A DNA stretch of 64,000 nucleotides from Eledone cirrhosa (taxonomy: Eukaryota): positions 38,502,001 to 38,566,000 of the forward strand of contig OZ024748.1 in assembly GCA_964016885.1 (NCBI GenBank), written 5' to 3'. Made by a program: the position numbers and the translations under genes. The stretch's first letter is position 1. Each line of letters starts with the position of its first letter. Below, piece after piece: positions 31,544 through 41,367 of this stretch. The notes under the pieces were generated by a model. It saw only the letters and a program-made list of their open reading frames with translations. It was not told the origin of the DNA and searched no databases.

Positions 31544-31664
31544 TTAAAATAACAGATTAGAGTTTAAGCAAAGAATAGCTGCTTTCACCCTTAACGGGAT
31601 CTTCAGAAGATCCCGTTAAGGGTGAAAGCAGCGATTCTTTGCTTAAACTTTAATGTTATTTTAA
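31544..31664. repeat. Near-perfect palindrome (about 60 bp arms, centre at 31605)
   Basis: GCTGCTTTCACCCTTAACGGGATCTTC-A-GAAGATCCCGTTAAGGGTGAAAGCAGC. Confidence 0.93.
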
Positions 31665-31796
31665 TAAATATTTGCTCTAGGGTTCATATATATTTGATAT
31701 ATATTTATCCTTATATATATATATATATATAAACGGAAAAAATGAAACGAAATTTCATTTCACACTCTTAGTACGGCTGTTACTTAAATATAAGTA

Positions 31797-32110
31797 TGTA
31801 TACGTACATACATATATGTATACGGATGTACAGTAGTATGTATATATATATACATACATGCAGACATATATATATGTACGTATGGATTCACCGAACATTT
31901 ATTATAATGCTCGGTGTGTTTGTAAACAAATGAACAACGATGGTTGCTAGACACTACGGCTTAATACGGGATGTTTGTTTACAAACACACCGAGCATTAT
32001 AATAAATGTTCGGTGAATCCATACGTGAATATATATGTGTGCATGTATGTATATATATATATACATACTACTGTACGTCTGTATACATATATATATATAT
32101 ATGTATATAC

Positions 32111-32114
<4 letters not shown>
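31797..32114. repeat. Long inverted repeat (about 135 bp arms, about 43 bp spacer), TA-rich ends
   Basis: GGATTCACCGAACATTTATTATAATGCTCGGTGTGTTTGTAAACAAA (ends 31930) has its exact reverse complement from 31974. Confidence 0.93.
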
Positions 32115-32148
<34 letters not shown>

Positions 32149-32528
32149 GAAATAGAAGATGGATTGTTTACCTCATTGGATTAAAAGTGAAGTCGACGAA
32201 AATAAAAGAAATTTTTACATTTTGCAGACACGTTTACCCTCTGTCGGGCAATTGAGGAAATAGATTCTATCAAGGGGAATAACTCTCAATGCTTAAATTA
32301 GTTTTACTAAATGTCGATGTATTTGTCTTTTATTTCTTCTCTCTCTCCGAGACACTGGCTGAACTGTTCTGAAGACGATAAGTTGACAGATATTTAAATA
32401 ACTTTATGGCTGCAATATTCGACGTAAATAGCAGAATCTTGTGAACTATTAGTAATTATATTTAGCTGAAAACATGTGGGGAATTTTGTTGTTCTCACGT
32501 TCGTGTGTGTGTGTGTGTGTGTATATAA

Positions 32529-32559
<31 letters not shown>

Positions 32560-32569
32560 CACACACACA

Positions 32570-32693
32570 CTCGAAGGTCGGCTGAAAAGTTCATAGGCTG
32601 ACCAACATACTCAAATGGGGTTTATTTTTCAACATAGTCATTGGAGAAGAGACAATGCAGATATTAAGAGAGTATTTTTTTCAGCCGACTCTA
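32570..32693. mobile_element. Short Tc1/mariner-like MITE remnant
   Basis: Imperfect inverted ends GTCGGCTGAAAA ... TTTTCAGCCGAC; related end sequence at 41221-41255. Confidence 0.5.
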
Positions 32694-33065
32694 GAGTGTG
32701 TGTATCTGTGTGTGTATATATATATATATATACATTGCCTCAAACAATTCGATTAGTTTCTGCTCTACTGTAGCTACAACTTCGATTTATACCTGTTATT
32801 TTTAATATTAAGGGATCTATAAAATAAAGTACCAGTAATGCACTGAAGTCGATTTAATCGACTTAACCCCTCGCCCACCATTGCTAGCCTTGTTCTCAAA
32901 TCAGAAACCACTATATATATATATATACAAGATATATATATATATATTTATAATAATAAATGTGAAGACTAAAATCCGAAGAGGACTCGATAAGGATAAT
33001 ATATATATAAATATATATAAAAACCGTAGAGCGATTCTTTACTTAAACTTTAATCTGTTATTGTA

Positions 33066-33107
<42 letters not shown>

Positions 33108-33140
33108 AAGAACAAAAGATGGTTAAAAGAGTTCCATGTA

Positions 33141-33207
33141 TTTTATTATGCGCATTTCAAAAACAAATATCATCATGCAATAATATTTGTGTTTTCATCA
33201 GATAAAA
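33141..33207 (-). ncRNA. Type I hammerhead ribozyme motif (inverted copy)
   Basis: Exact reverse complement of 33279-33345. Confidence 0.75.
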
Positions 33208-33278
33208 CAGGAAGACATGATATGAAGGTTAAAAAACACTTGTGGATAGTTCAGTTTTAAATCAACATATCATTCCCG

Positions 33279-33345
33279 TTTTATCTGATGAAAACACAAA
33301 TATTATTGCATGATGATATTTGTTTTTGAAATGCGCATAATAAAA
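33279..33345 (+). ncRNA. Type I hammerhead ribozyme motif
   Basis: Stem I TTTTAT/ATAAAA; CTGATGA (33285-33291); 16-bp stem II with one mismatch and GCAT loop; GAAA (33328-33331); palindromic stem III ATGCGCAT; AUA cleavage triplet (33337-33339). Confidence 0.75.
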
Positions 33346-33473
33346 TACATGGAACTCTTTTAACCATCTTTTGTTCTTATATATTATGTATACTCCAGTC
33401 CTACAAACTGTAGAGTGCTTCTTATCCGATATCTGCATTGCTTTATTGTACTACAATAAAACTCACCTCCTAC

Positions 33474-33505
<32 letters not shown>

Positions 33506-33739
33506 TATAATTGTTTCTACGTTAGGCACAAGGCCAGCAAATACCCAGTGTATTACTGGTACTTTATATACATATAGTAATAATAATAAATTTGAAGACT
33601 AAAATCCAAAGAGGGCTCGATAAGGATAAATATATATCAAATATATAAGAACCGTAGAGCAAATATTTATTAAAATAACAGATTAAATATTTTAATATTT
33701 ATTAAATATTTTAATATTTATTAAAATAACAGATTAAAG

Positions 33740-33789
<50 letters not shown>

Positions 33790-33881
33790 TATATAGTCGG
33801 TATCCAAGCGAAGTGTTAATAAAATAATATAGAGTAGGAACGAAATATCAATATAACATCATAATAAACATGATGAAAGTA

Positions 33882-34589
33882 TATCGATATTTCGTACCTA
33901 CTCTCGATCTGGTTTGCCAATTGATAAATAAAAATATGATGCAACGCTGAGAATTGAGAGTTTCAATAGAAAGTTTTCAATTCTTCTGACGTTCTTCTCG
34001 AGTTCCTCTGTAAGAACCGTTCGACTCTGTTTACCAAACAACATACAGAAACAAAACAGCTTAAACGCTCCATAAACGTTTGGGAATCATTTTGTCTTTT
34101 TTCAAAACTCTTATATTAAGAGGTTGGCATATAGATATATTTTGATCGTAATATTAGATACATTTAGACAAGGTAAAATATTATATATATATATATGTAT
34201 ATGTATGTATATATAATATTAACGGTACCTTATAAACAAGAATTAGCGCCTGGAGAAAGGTCGTCACTATTTTGATGCCTCTAGTTTTTTTTTTTGTTTT
34301 GTTCTGTTTTTTTTCTGAAGGTGTGGTCAAATTTGGACCTTGAAACCTTGGGTAGCGCTTTTGTTCCGTATTATAGTTTAATATAATAGTAAGCTTGATC
34401 GAAATTTAGTGGTGTTAAGAAAATCAAAAAAAAAAAAATCAACCACGAACAAAAAAAAAATACACGAAAAAAAAACAAACGATGACAATAGAAAGTTAAA
34501 ATACACGATTAACTGGTTGTCTGGATAATATTTGTATTGGGGACAAAAATGCACCAACACCGGTAGGTCTTAGCCGAGTGGCGCGAAAA
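33882..34589 (+). promoter_or_regulatory. Probable HELLS promoter and 5' region (DRE, CCAAT and E2F motifs; candidate 5' exons)
   Basis: TATCGATA at 33882-33889; CCAAT near 33917; GGCGCGAAAA (E2F) at 34580-34589; donor AG|GTAAAA after 34172; long pyrimidine tract plus AG ending 34320. Confidence 0.4.
34549..34562 (+). CDS. HELLS: Candidate HELLS start-codon exon part (MHQHR)
   Basis: AAAA-ATG CAC CAA CAC CG|GTAGGT. Phase 2 matches the exon starting at 38290. An alternative in-frame ATG lies at 38390. Confidence 0.3.
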
Positions 34590-34985
34590 TCTAGCGTGTC
34601 TTGTTAATGTTGTCAGTATCACTATTATGTTCTTCCGTTTACTCTAGCTATATGGTTAATGTAATTTGATATATATATTCACACAGGTATACACACACAC
34701 ATATATATTATATATATATATACATACATACATACAGAGAGGTTCATATATAATATATATTTGTGTTTATAAATATATAAATATTTATTTATCGGTGGAG
34801 ATATTCAAGAAATTATGTAAGTATCTTATTTTCTGTCTTATATTTCTCATCAACAATTATCACACATATACATCATATATTTTCCTCCACGGGTACCTTA
34901 CTATATTTTCTCATCTATTATCATAGTCATTTGCGTTGGGACGTACACATTTTAAATTCCACGCATTAATGCATATGTATATATG

Positions 34986-35434
34986 TGTAGTGACGTGGTT
35001 AGTGGGTCTGGTCACTACTTCTGATCGAATCTGAGAATAGCCCTTAAAAGGACTGTTATCGCATGCGGTAAGGATGAACAGACGAAAGAAGTTGAAAGGA
35101 CTAGCAAGGCGAGAGATGTAGTTACGATCAGCTATTTATTTTCATACATGAAGTGGCGATACAGAGGTACAAGGCGTGTGTGAGTGACAAGCGTGGCAGA
35201 GAGCGGAACAAGGATACGCGAGTTGACTCTGCCAAAGGTCGACTGGTGAAAGTGTTTGGAACCACTCTATTTATACAGAAATAATCGTTTGATGTTTAGC
35301 GGCTGTGTAGGCGTTTTATTTTGGTGGCTAAAGGGTTGTTTGTTTCACTGGGGTGAGGTAGCTAGCTAGATAAGCAGATAGAAGAGTTGTTTATTTCACT
35401 GGTAAGGAGAGATGTTATTTCCGGTGGCTGTACA
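34986..35434 (-). mobile_element. Solo LTR (449 bp), probably Gypsy-type
   Basis: TGTA...TACA termini; 4-bp TSD TATG (34982-34985 and 35435-35438); minus-strand TATAAATAG followed downstream by AATAAA. Confidence 0.75.
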
Positions 35435-35551
35435 TATGTGTGTATGTGAGCTAAAATTTCGAAGTCACTATCATTCTTCAATATATTTTATCATTCAGTT
35501 ATTGTATGAACGTTTCAAGTACAATGATATTTAAAACACCTACTTTAGTAT

Positions 35552-36307
35552 CTATCTATCTAGGGTGGGTAAAATTCCCGAGATCCATCGACGAGTTCTC
35601 TCCAGCAGTCTCTGTACCTCATTATCGCTGCCATGTCCTGCGTCTCCAACAGACCAGTATCTGTCCTTCGGGCATCAACATATGTTAACCTTTGTCTTCC
35701 TCTTCCAGTGTGTCCATGCAGGGGCTCCCACAGGAGCACTGAGTGCAGTGTCAACTCTTGATGTCGGTAATGAAGAGGTGTGATTTTGATGATATCATCC
35801 TGGGGTTCTGTAACCAGGCACTGCAGAAAGGAGTTGCCCCGAATCAGTGGCGGATCAGTAACATCGTCCCAGTGTCAAAGAAGGGAGATCTCTCTAACAC
35901 CAACAACTACAGGGGGATCTCACTGACGTCACTTGTGGCAAAGACCCTCAACAGGATGATTCTTAACAGGATCCAGCCCGAGATAGAGTAGAAGCTCAGA
36001 GACAACCAGAACGGCTTCAGAGAGGGAAGATCAACCACCAGTCACATCCTGATGCTGAAGAGGATATTAGAGCGAACTAGAGCAAAGTGCCTTCCTGTGG
36101 TCATGGTTTTCATTGACTTTAGGAAGGCCTTTGATTCTGTGGACCGTCATTGCCTGATGAAGATCTTACAGGCTTATGGAATCCCCAAGAAGATAGTGGA
36201 CCTGATATCACTGCTCTACACCAACACCAAAGCCCAAGTCATTACACTGATGGGATGACAATTCTTTGAGATACTAGCTGGAGTGCTCCAGGGAGATACA
36301 TTGGCTC
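35552..36307. mobile_element. RTE-like LINE insertion with 5' inversion
   Basis: 3' end on minus strand (LLWEPLHGHTGRGRQRLTYVD..DCWRELV, (GATA)n tail); RT fragment on plus strand (KKGD..NYRGISL, QNGFR, FIDFRKAFDSV, QGDTLAP); 13-bp TSD CCTACTTTAGTAT. Confidence 0.88.
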
Positions 36308-36543
36308 CCTACTTTAGTATATATATATGTCTGACCAATACTAGCGTGGTGTTGATGATGATGATTATATATATGATTAATGGATCCACAAGTCTGATGA
36401 GTAATCGATTCCAGAATTTGGCGCGATCGATACCGATCGTTCTTTGAGCTGATCGATCGAGAAACGCAGGTCATACGTCAATAAACACAATGATGCTATA
36501 TTGATACCTTGCTGCTAGTCATTATATATATATATATATATAA

Positions 36544-36720
36544 AGGCGGTGGATTGGCAGTATCGGTAGAGGGTCGAACGCCATGCTTTCCAGCATAGTT
36601 ACGTCCCTTAACGATCTGAGTTCAAATCCCGCCGAGGTTGACTTTGCCTTTCATCCTTACGGGGGTCGATAAAATAAAGTACTGGGAAATTGCTGGCCTT
36701 GTGCCTAAAGTAGAAACAAT
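36544..36720 (+). mobile_element. tRNA-derived SINE in (TA)n
   Basis: GGCGGTGGATTGGCAGTATCGG...GTTCAAATCCC...GTAGAAACAAT. Confidence 0.9.
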
Positions 36721-37667
36721 TATATATATATATATACAGTCAGTTAAAGAAATCCCTTGTCAATTGTTCTGAATGAAGAGATTAATAATGATTACCATCT
36801 CTCTGGTTAATCCCTGTTGTTAAATCCCCTTCCAGTCCCCCTACCCAAACCTCTTACCCTAAACCCCCTAACCAAAACTTTTACACTAAACCCCAAGTAC
36901 TAAATCCTTAACACTAAACCTTCTCTCAGAGGAAATACAAAATTTACACGTCATGTCTATAGAGGTTTAGCTGACTCCTACAAGGTTTCTTCTCTGGTGT
37001 TTTAATGAAAGGGGGGGGGGCAGTGTTGTGATGAAAGGCAATGTGAAATGAAGTGTCTTGTTGAAGAACAAGACTAAACATACCATCCAACCCAGATATA
37101 GATCCTACGACCTTATGGTTGTCAATCCAACATCTTAATCACTTGGACATGCATCCTCACATCTCACCTGTATTTTAAAAGGGGAAGGATACATTGAATT
37201 ATATAGTCCACCATTAATATATTTCACTAACCATGTCATAACTTTGTTACATCATATATTTCACTAACTATGTCATAACTTACCATCATAACTATGTTTC
37301 ATCATACATATATCGGTAACCATCATCATAACTGTTACATCATATATATTTCAGTAACCACCATCATAACTTTCGTAGTAGTAGTAATCACAATTATGAC
37401 CTCAGTAGTTGTTCATGTGAGGTCAACTTTAACTTTCATCCATTCAAAGTCGATAAACAAGAAATAGCAGTCAATACCCTATAACTCTTTCTCACTTCCT
37501 CTCTCTCATTCTCTCTATCTTTCTCTGGAAGACATCTGCTGTATTCAGGCCTGGAGAGGAATGGACTCCGCCAGGCTTTAAAGAAAGCCCTAAAAATGCC
37601 ATATTCTGATTTGGGGTCCCTACAACTCCCTAAGGAGTTACATGGCCATACATACAGTTCATGTATC

Positions 37668-38240
37668 CTGGACTGGGTGCTTTTTATTGTGATACCTACA
37701 CTACCACCTTACAGGGTGGACTGGGTGTTGTTGTGACACCTGTACTACCACCTTACAGGGTGGACTGGGTGTTGTGATACCTACACTACCACCTTACTGG
37801 GTCTTGTGACACCTACACTACCACCTTACAGGGTGGACTGGGTGTTGTTGTGACACCTGTACTACCACCTCACAGGGTGGACTGGGTGTTGTGATACCTA
37901 CACTACCACCTTACTGGGTCTTGTGACACCTACGCTACCACCTTACAGGGTGGACTTGTGACACCTGTACTACTTACCACCTTACAGAGTGGAGTGGGTG
38001 TTGTGACACCTACACTACCACTTTACAGAGTGGATTGGGTGTTGTGACACCTACGCTACCACCTTACAGGGTGGACTGGGTGTTGTGACACCTACGCTAC
38101 CACCTTACAGGGTGGACTGGGTGTTGTGACACCTACGCTACCACCTTACTGGGTGTTGTGACACCTATGCTACCACCTTACAGGGTGGACTGGGTGTTGT
38201 GACGCCTACACTACCACCTTACAGGGTGGACTGGGTGCTA
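37668..38240. repeat. About 41-bp minisatellite immediately upstream of an exon acceptor
   Basis: GTGGACTGGGTGTTGTGACACCTACACTACCACCTTACAGG with deletion variants. Confidence 0.93.
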
Positions 38241-38289
38241 TTGTGGCTGCAGTGAGAATGTTCTTCACTAGACTGTCTCTTTATTACAG

Positions 38290-38531
38290 GTCAAACCCGA
38301 GCCAGCCAGTAAGTCAACAGCCATCAACTGAAGATGAGGATGGTAGTAAGAAAAATAAGATCTGTAGAGAAACAGTTGCAGATATTGAAATGGAACATCT
38401 TGAAGTTGAAGAGGATGGTGGTGGTGGTGGTGGAGTTGTGTTGATGGGGAAGAAGACTGTCTCACCTTCTAAACCTCTCAATGTTGCTGCAGAACCATCG
38501 GAAGATGCCCACATGTCTTCGAAACTAAATG
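38290..38531 (+). CDS. HELLS: HELLS exon (acidic N-terminal extension)
   Basis: TTATTACAG| acceptor and |GTAAGT donor; open frame; ends in phase 1, matching the next exon. Confidence 0.65.
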
Positions 38532-38752
38532 GTAAGTAGCTGTTTTCATTGTTACAAAGCCACAGAGAAGGCAACCCAACTAGAGGAGGTGTAACTTCAG
38601 ATAAATAAAACTTTACATGAACACGGTCTCCGTCGGTCATAATGAAGACAACTCGTTTAAGAGAGCAATAACTTTATATAAGTAAACCCCCCACCACCCT
38701 GCTCCCGGCATTCTTCTCTAGGTTGTTTTAACAAGTCTTACTTTGATTTAAG

Positions 38753-38868
38753 GAACTCCTGACTGTGATAATGATAACACATCCAATAGTATTGAAGATA
38801 AAATTTTCCCCCAAGAAGAAATGCAATGTCTTTCGTCTGAAGGAAATGACATGTCGTCTGAAAAACTG
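38753..38868 (+). CDS. HELLS: HELLS exon (GTPDCDND...SSEKL)
   Basis: TTTAAG| acceptor and |GTGAGT donor; phase 1 to 0. Confidence 0.65.
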
Positions 38869-38971
38869 GTGAGTGTCTTTATTTTTTTCCCCTGTTTTTC
38901 TTCCCCTCCACACAACGATACCTTCTTCATGTGTGCACCTAAATGAGAAATCATTATTATTATTATTATTA

Positions 38972-39192
38972 AGGGCAGTTGATTTGCAGTATCGGTAGAG
39001 GGTCGGACGCCATGCTTTGCAGCAAAGAGTTACGGCCCTTTATGATCTGAGTTCAAATCTCGTTGAGGTTAACTTTGCCTTTCATCCTTACGGGGTCGAT
39101 AAAATAAAGCACCAGTAATGTACTGGGGTCGATTTAATTGACTTTACCCTCCCCCAAAATTGCTGGCCTTGTGCCTATATAAGAAACCAATA
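38972..39192 (+). mobile_element. tRNA-derived SINE ending just upstream of a HELLS acceptor
   Basis: Full family consensus including A/B boxes. Confidence 0.9.
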
Positions 39193-39210
39193 TTATTGTT
39201 GTTGTGACAG

Positions 39211-39444
39211 GTGGAAAAGTGTGTGAGTATGAAGACTGACACATCCGAGGCCAACCCATCTGAAATGGAGACATTCGGGGCCAACCCATTGGAGGCAGAG
39301 ACATCTGAGCCCAACCCATCCGGGGCCAACCCATCGAAAGCGGAGACATCCGAGATGATAACAGCTGACATGATGAAAGAAGAACAACTTCTACAGTTGG
39401 ATTCAATTGAAGTGGAATTGAAACTTAAAGAAGAACAAGAAGAG
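39211..39444 (+). CDS. HELLS: HELLS exon (10-aa repeats plus ITADMMKEEQLL)
   Basis: CAG| ... |GTGAGT; 78 codons; resembles the HELLS N-terminal ITxxMxxEE motif. Confidence 0.8.
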
Positions 39445-39672
39445 GTGAGTAACATGGCTGCCTGTTGTCAGTTACCATGGTGATGATGGTGGTGGTGGTT
39501 ATCTTCATCATCATCATCACCTGTATCAATTTAATACTCTAATTCTCAAAGTGTAGGAGGGGGCAGGTTTACCAAAAGATTATACTCTATACAGTTATTG
39601 CAATACCATTCATCACATTTCTGGTTCTCTGTGTATGTATGTACATATATATCTATTTGCTTGTACATACCA

Positions 39673-39745
39673 GCCGAAATAGCTCAGTTGGGAGAGAGTT
39701 AGACTGAAGATCTAAAGGTCCCTGGTTCAATCCCGGGTTTTGACA
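39673..39745 (+). tRNA. tRNA-Phe(GAA), probably a pseudogene
   Basis: GCCGAAATAGCTCAGTTGGGAGAG(A)GTTAGACTGAAGATCTAAAGGTCCCTGGTTCAATCCCGGGTTT(T)G(A)CA. D-stem and acceptor-stem mismatches relative to the canonical animal tRNA-Phe. T run near 39766-39771. Confidence 0.85.
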
Positions 39746-39796
39746 TCCGGTGGCTGGTCTACTAACTTTTTATAGGGACTGGGCGTCTCTATCATT

Positions 39797-39970
39797 CCAC
39801 TGCAAAGTGGTCGTGGAGGTGTCACGGCAAAAAAGCACCCAGCACTCACTGTAAATGAGGTTGGTGTTAGGAAGGGCATCCAGCTGTAGAAATCAAGCCA
39901 GAATCAGTTCCCATCCCACCCTTGCAAGCAGGGAAAAAGGGGACGTAAAATGATGAAGATGATGATGATG
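39797..39970 (+). mobile_element. SINE body with RTE-type (GAT)n tail
   Basis: AAAAAAGCACCCAG..GTTGGTGTTAGGAAGGGCATCCAG..GGACGTAAAA(TGA)n; same family as 63527-63800. Confidence 0.8.
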
Positions 39971-40014
39971 TGTGTGTGTACACATATAAATATCGTGTTT
40001 GCATATATATATAT

Positions 40015-40660
40015 ATATATATATTAAAGGTATATATTGAGTTAAGAACTCAAAAATAGTCTCTTACAACAAAATAGCTCTAAGAAAGAGATATTTCTGA
40101 GATGTATATTATAATAGAATATAAAAGAAAAACGAACACAGTTATATAGATATATGTGTTCAAATCGTAAAGGACCTGATTCGCTAAGGTGAAAAGAATA
40201 CTAACTATAGACAATTGGGTTCGCTTGTCTCAATTTAAAAATATATTAAGAAAATAAATACAAACTGGAATTGTGGTAACTACCAATCACCCAGACAACT
40301 TGTTGTTTCGCAAAGTTAATTGTGAATAGAAATACTAATCCAAGCTCATCTTGTTTACTCGACATTTGAAATAGCTCAACAAATTAACGGAGCCGAATAT
40401 ATTAAAGGTATATATTGAGTTAGGAACTCAAAATATTCTCTTACAACAAAATAGCTCTAAGAAAGAGATATTTCTGAGCCGTATATTAGAATATAAAAGA
40501 AAAATGAACACAGTTATATAGATATATGTGTTCAAATCGTAAGGGGCCTATAGTTAGTATTCTTTTCACCTTAGCGAATTAGGTCCCTTACGATTTGAAC
40601 ACATATCTATATAATTGTGTTCGTTTTTCTTTTTCTTTTATATTCTATTATAATATATAT
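40015..40660. repeat. Compound direct-plus-inverted repeat between TA runs
   Basis: About 40018-40172 is repeated directly at about 40397-40545. About 40085-40210 is repeated inverted at about 40548-40657. Confidence 0.88.
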
Positions 40661-40994
40661 ATATTTATATTTATACTTCCTCCTAAGCATGTTTGTGTTG
40701 TCAACTACCTAAGCTTACATAAAACAGATCCCTGGCTTGTCTGGGAGATCTACCTGTCCAACTCTTGCTAGCTGGGAACATAGGTGATATGAGAGATCCC
40801 TGGCTTGTCTGGGAGATCAGTAGCCACCACTTCAGTACTGACTTGGTGCATGTCAACCTATCCAACCTTAGCTAGCTGGGAAAGCAGGCATTAAAATGAT
40901 GAGGATGATATATAAATAGATAGATTGGATCCGATCTGATTGCTAAGAAGTAACTTTAAAACTCTGAAAATATTATATTCTCTTCTTTCTGAAG

Positions 40995-41183
40995 TGTTGG
41001 AGTCAAATGAATGAGATGGCCAGGAAGGTGCGCTACCAACGTCTACAAATTCTCCTGGACAAAAGCAATGCCTACACACAATATCTACTGGAACGCATTA
41101 AGAAACAAGAGAAAGAAGAGGAATGCAGAAGAAAGTTGTTGACCAAATTGATACAGAAGCGTCACCGAGAAAAGACTCAAAGA
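40995..41183 (+). CDS. HELLS: HELLS exon (RYQRLQILLDKSNAYTQYLLERI coiled coil)
   Basis: Matches the HELLS/DDM1 RLxxLLxKSxxY motif; AG/GT boundaries; 63 codons. Confidence 0.9.
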
Positions 41184-41367
41184 GTAAGAAGGAATTTTAA
41201 TTTCAAGATAGAAGAAGCTATACAGGGGTCGGCTGGAACGTTCATAGGCTGACTATGAAGGAGTGATGCTAGGACTGAAATCTTGCATACATTAATTTCA
41301 ACTCTTCTTATTAACTGCATTGTTCCTTTCCAGGAACAATGTTGAAAAATATACCTTATTTGGTCAT

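Larger units (their letters stand above)
33101..33383. repeat. Long inverted repeat (about 110 bp arms) between TA runs, Penelope-like-element-type structure
   Basis: 33101-33212 is the near-exact reverse complement of 33273-33383. Each arm carries a hammerhead core. Confidence 0.92.

Noticed and set aside
36836-36921. CCCTAA-like degenerate tract
   Set aside because: Short and irregular with no tandem perfect units; insufficient for an interstitial telomere call
38722-38752. Alternative upstream acceptor (CTCTAG) for the 38753 exon
   Set aside because: Introduces an in-frame TGA; the acceptor at 38752 keeps the frame open
39704-39710. CTGAAGA hammerhead-like box
   Set aside because: It is the tRNA-Phe anticodon loop
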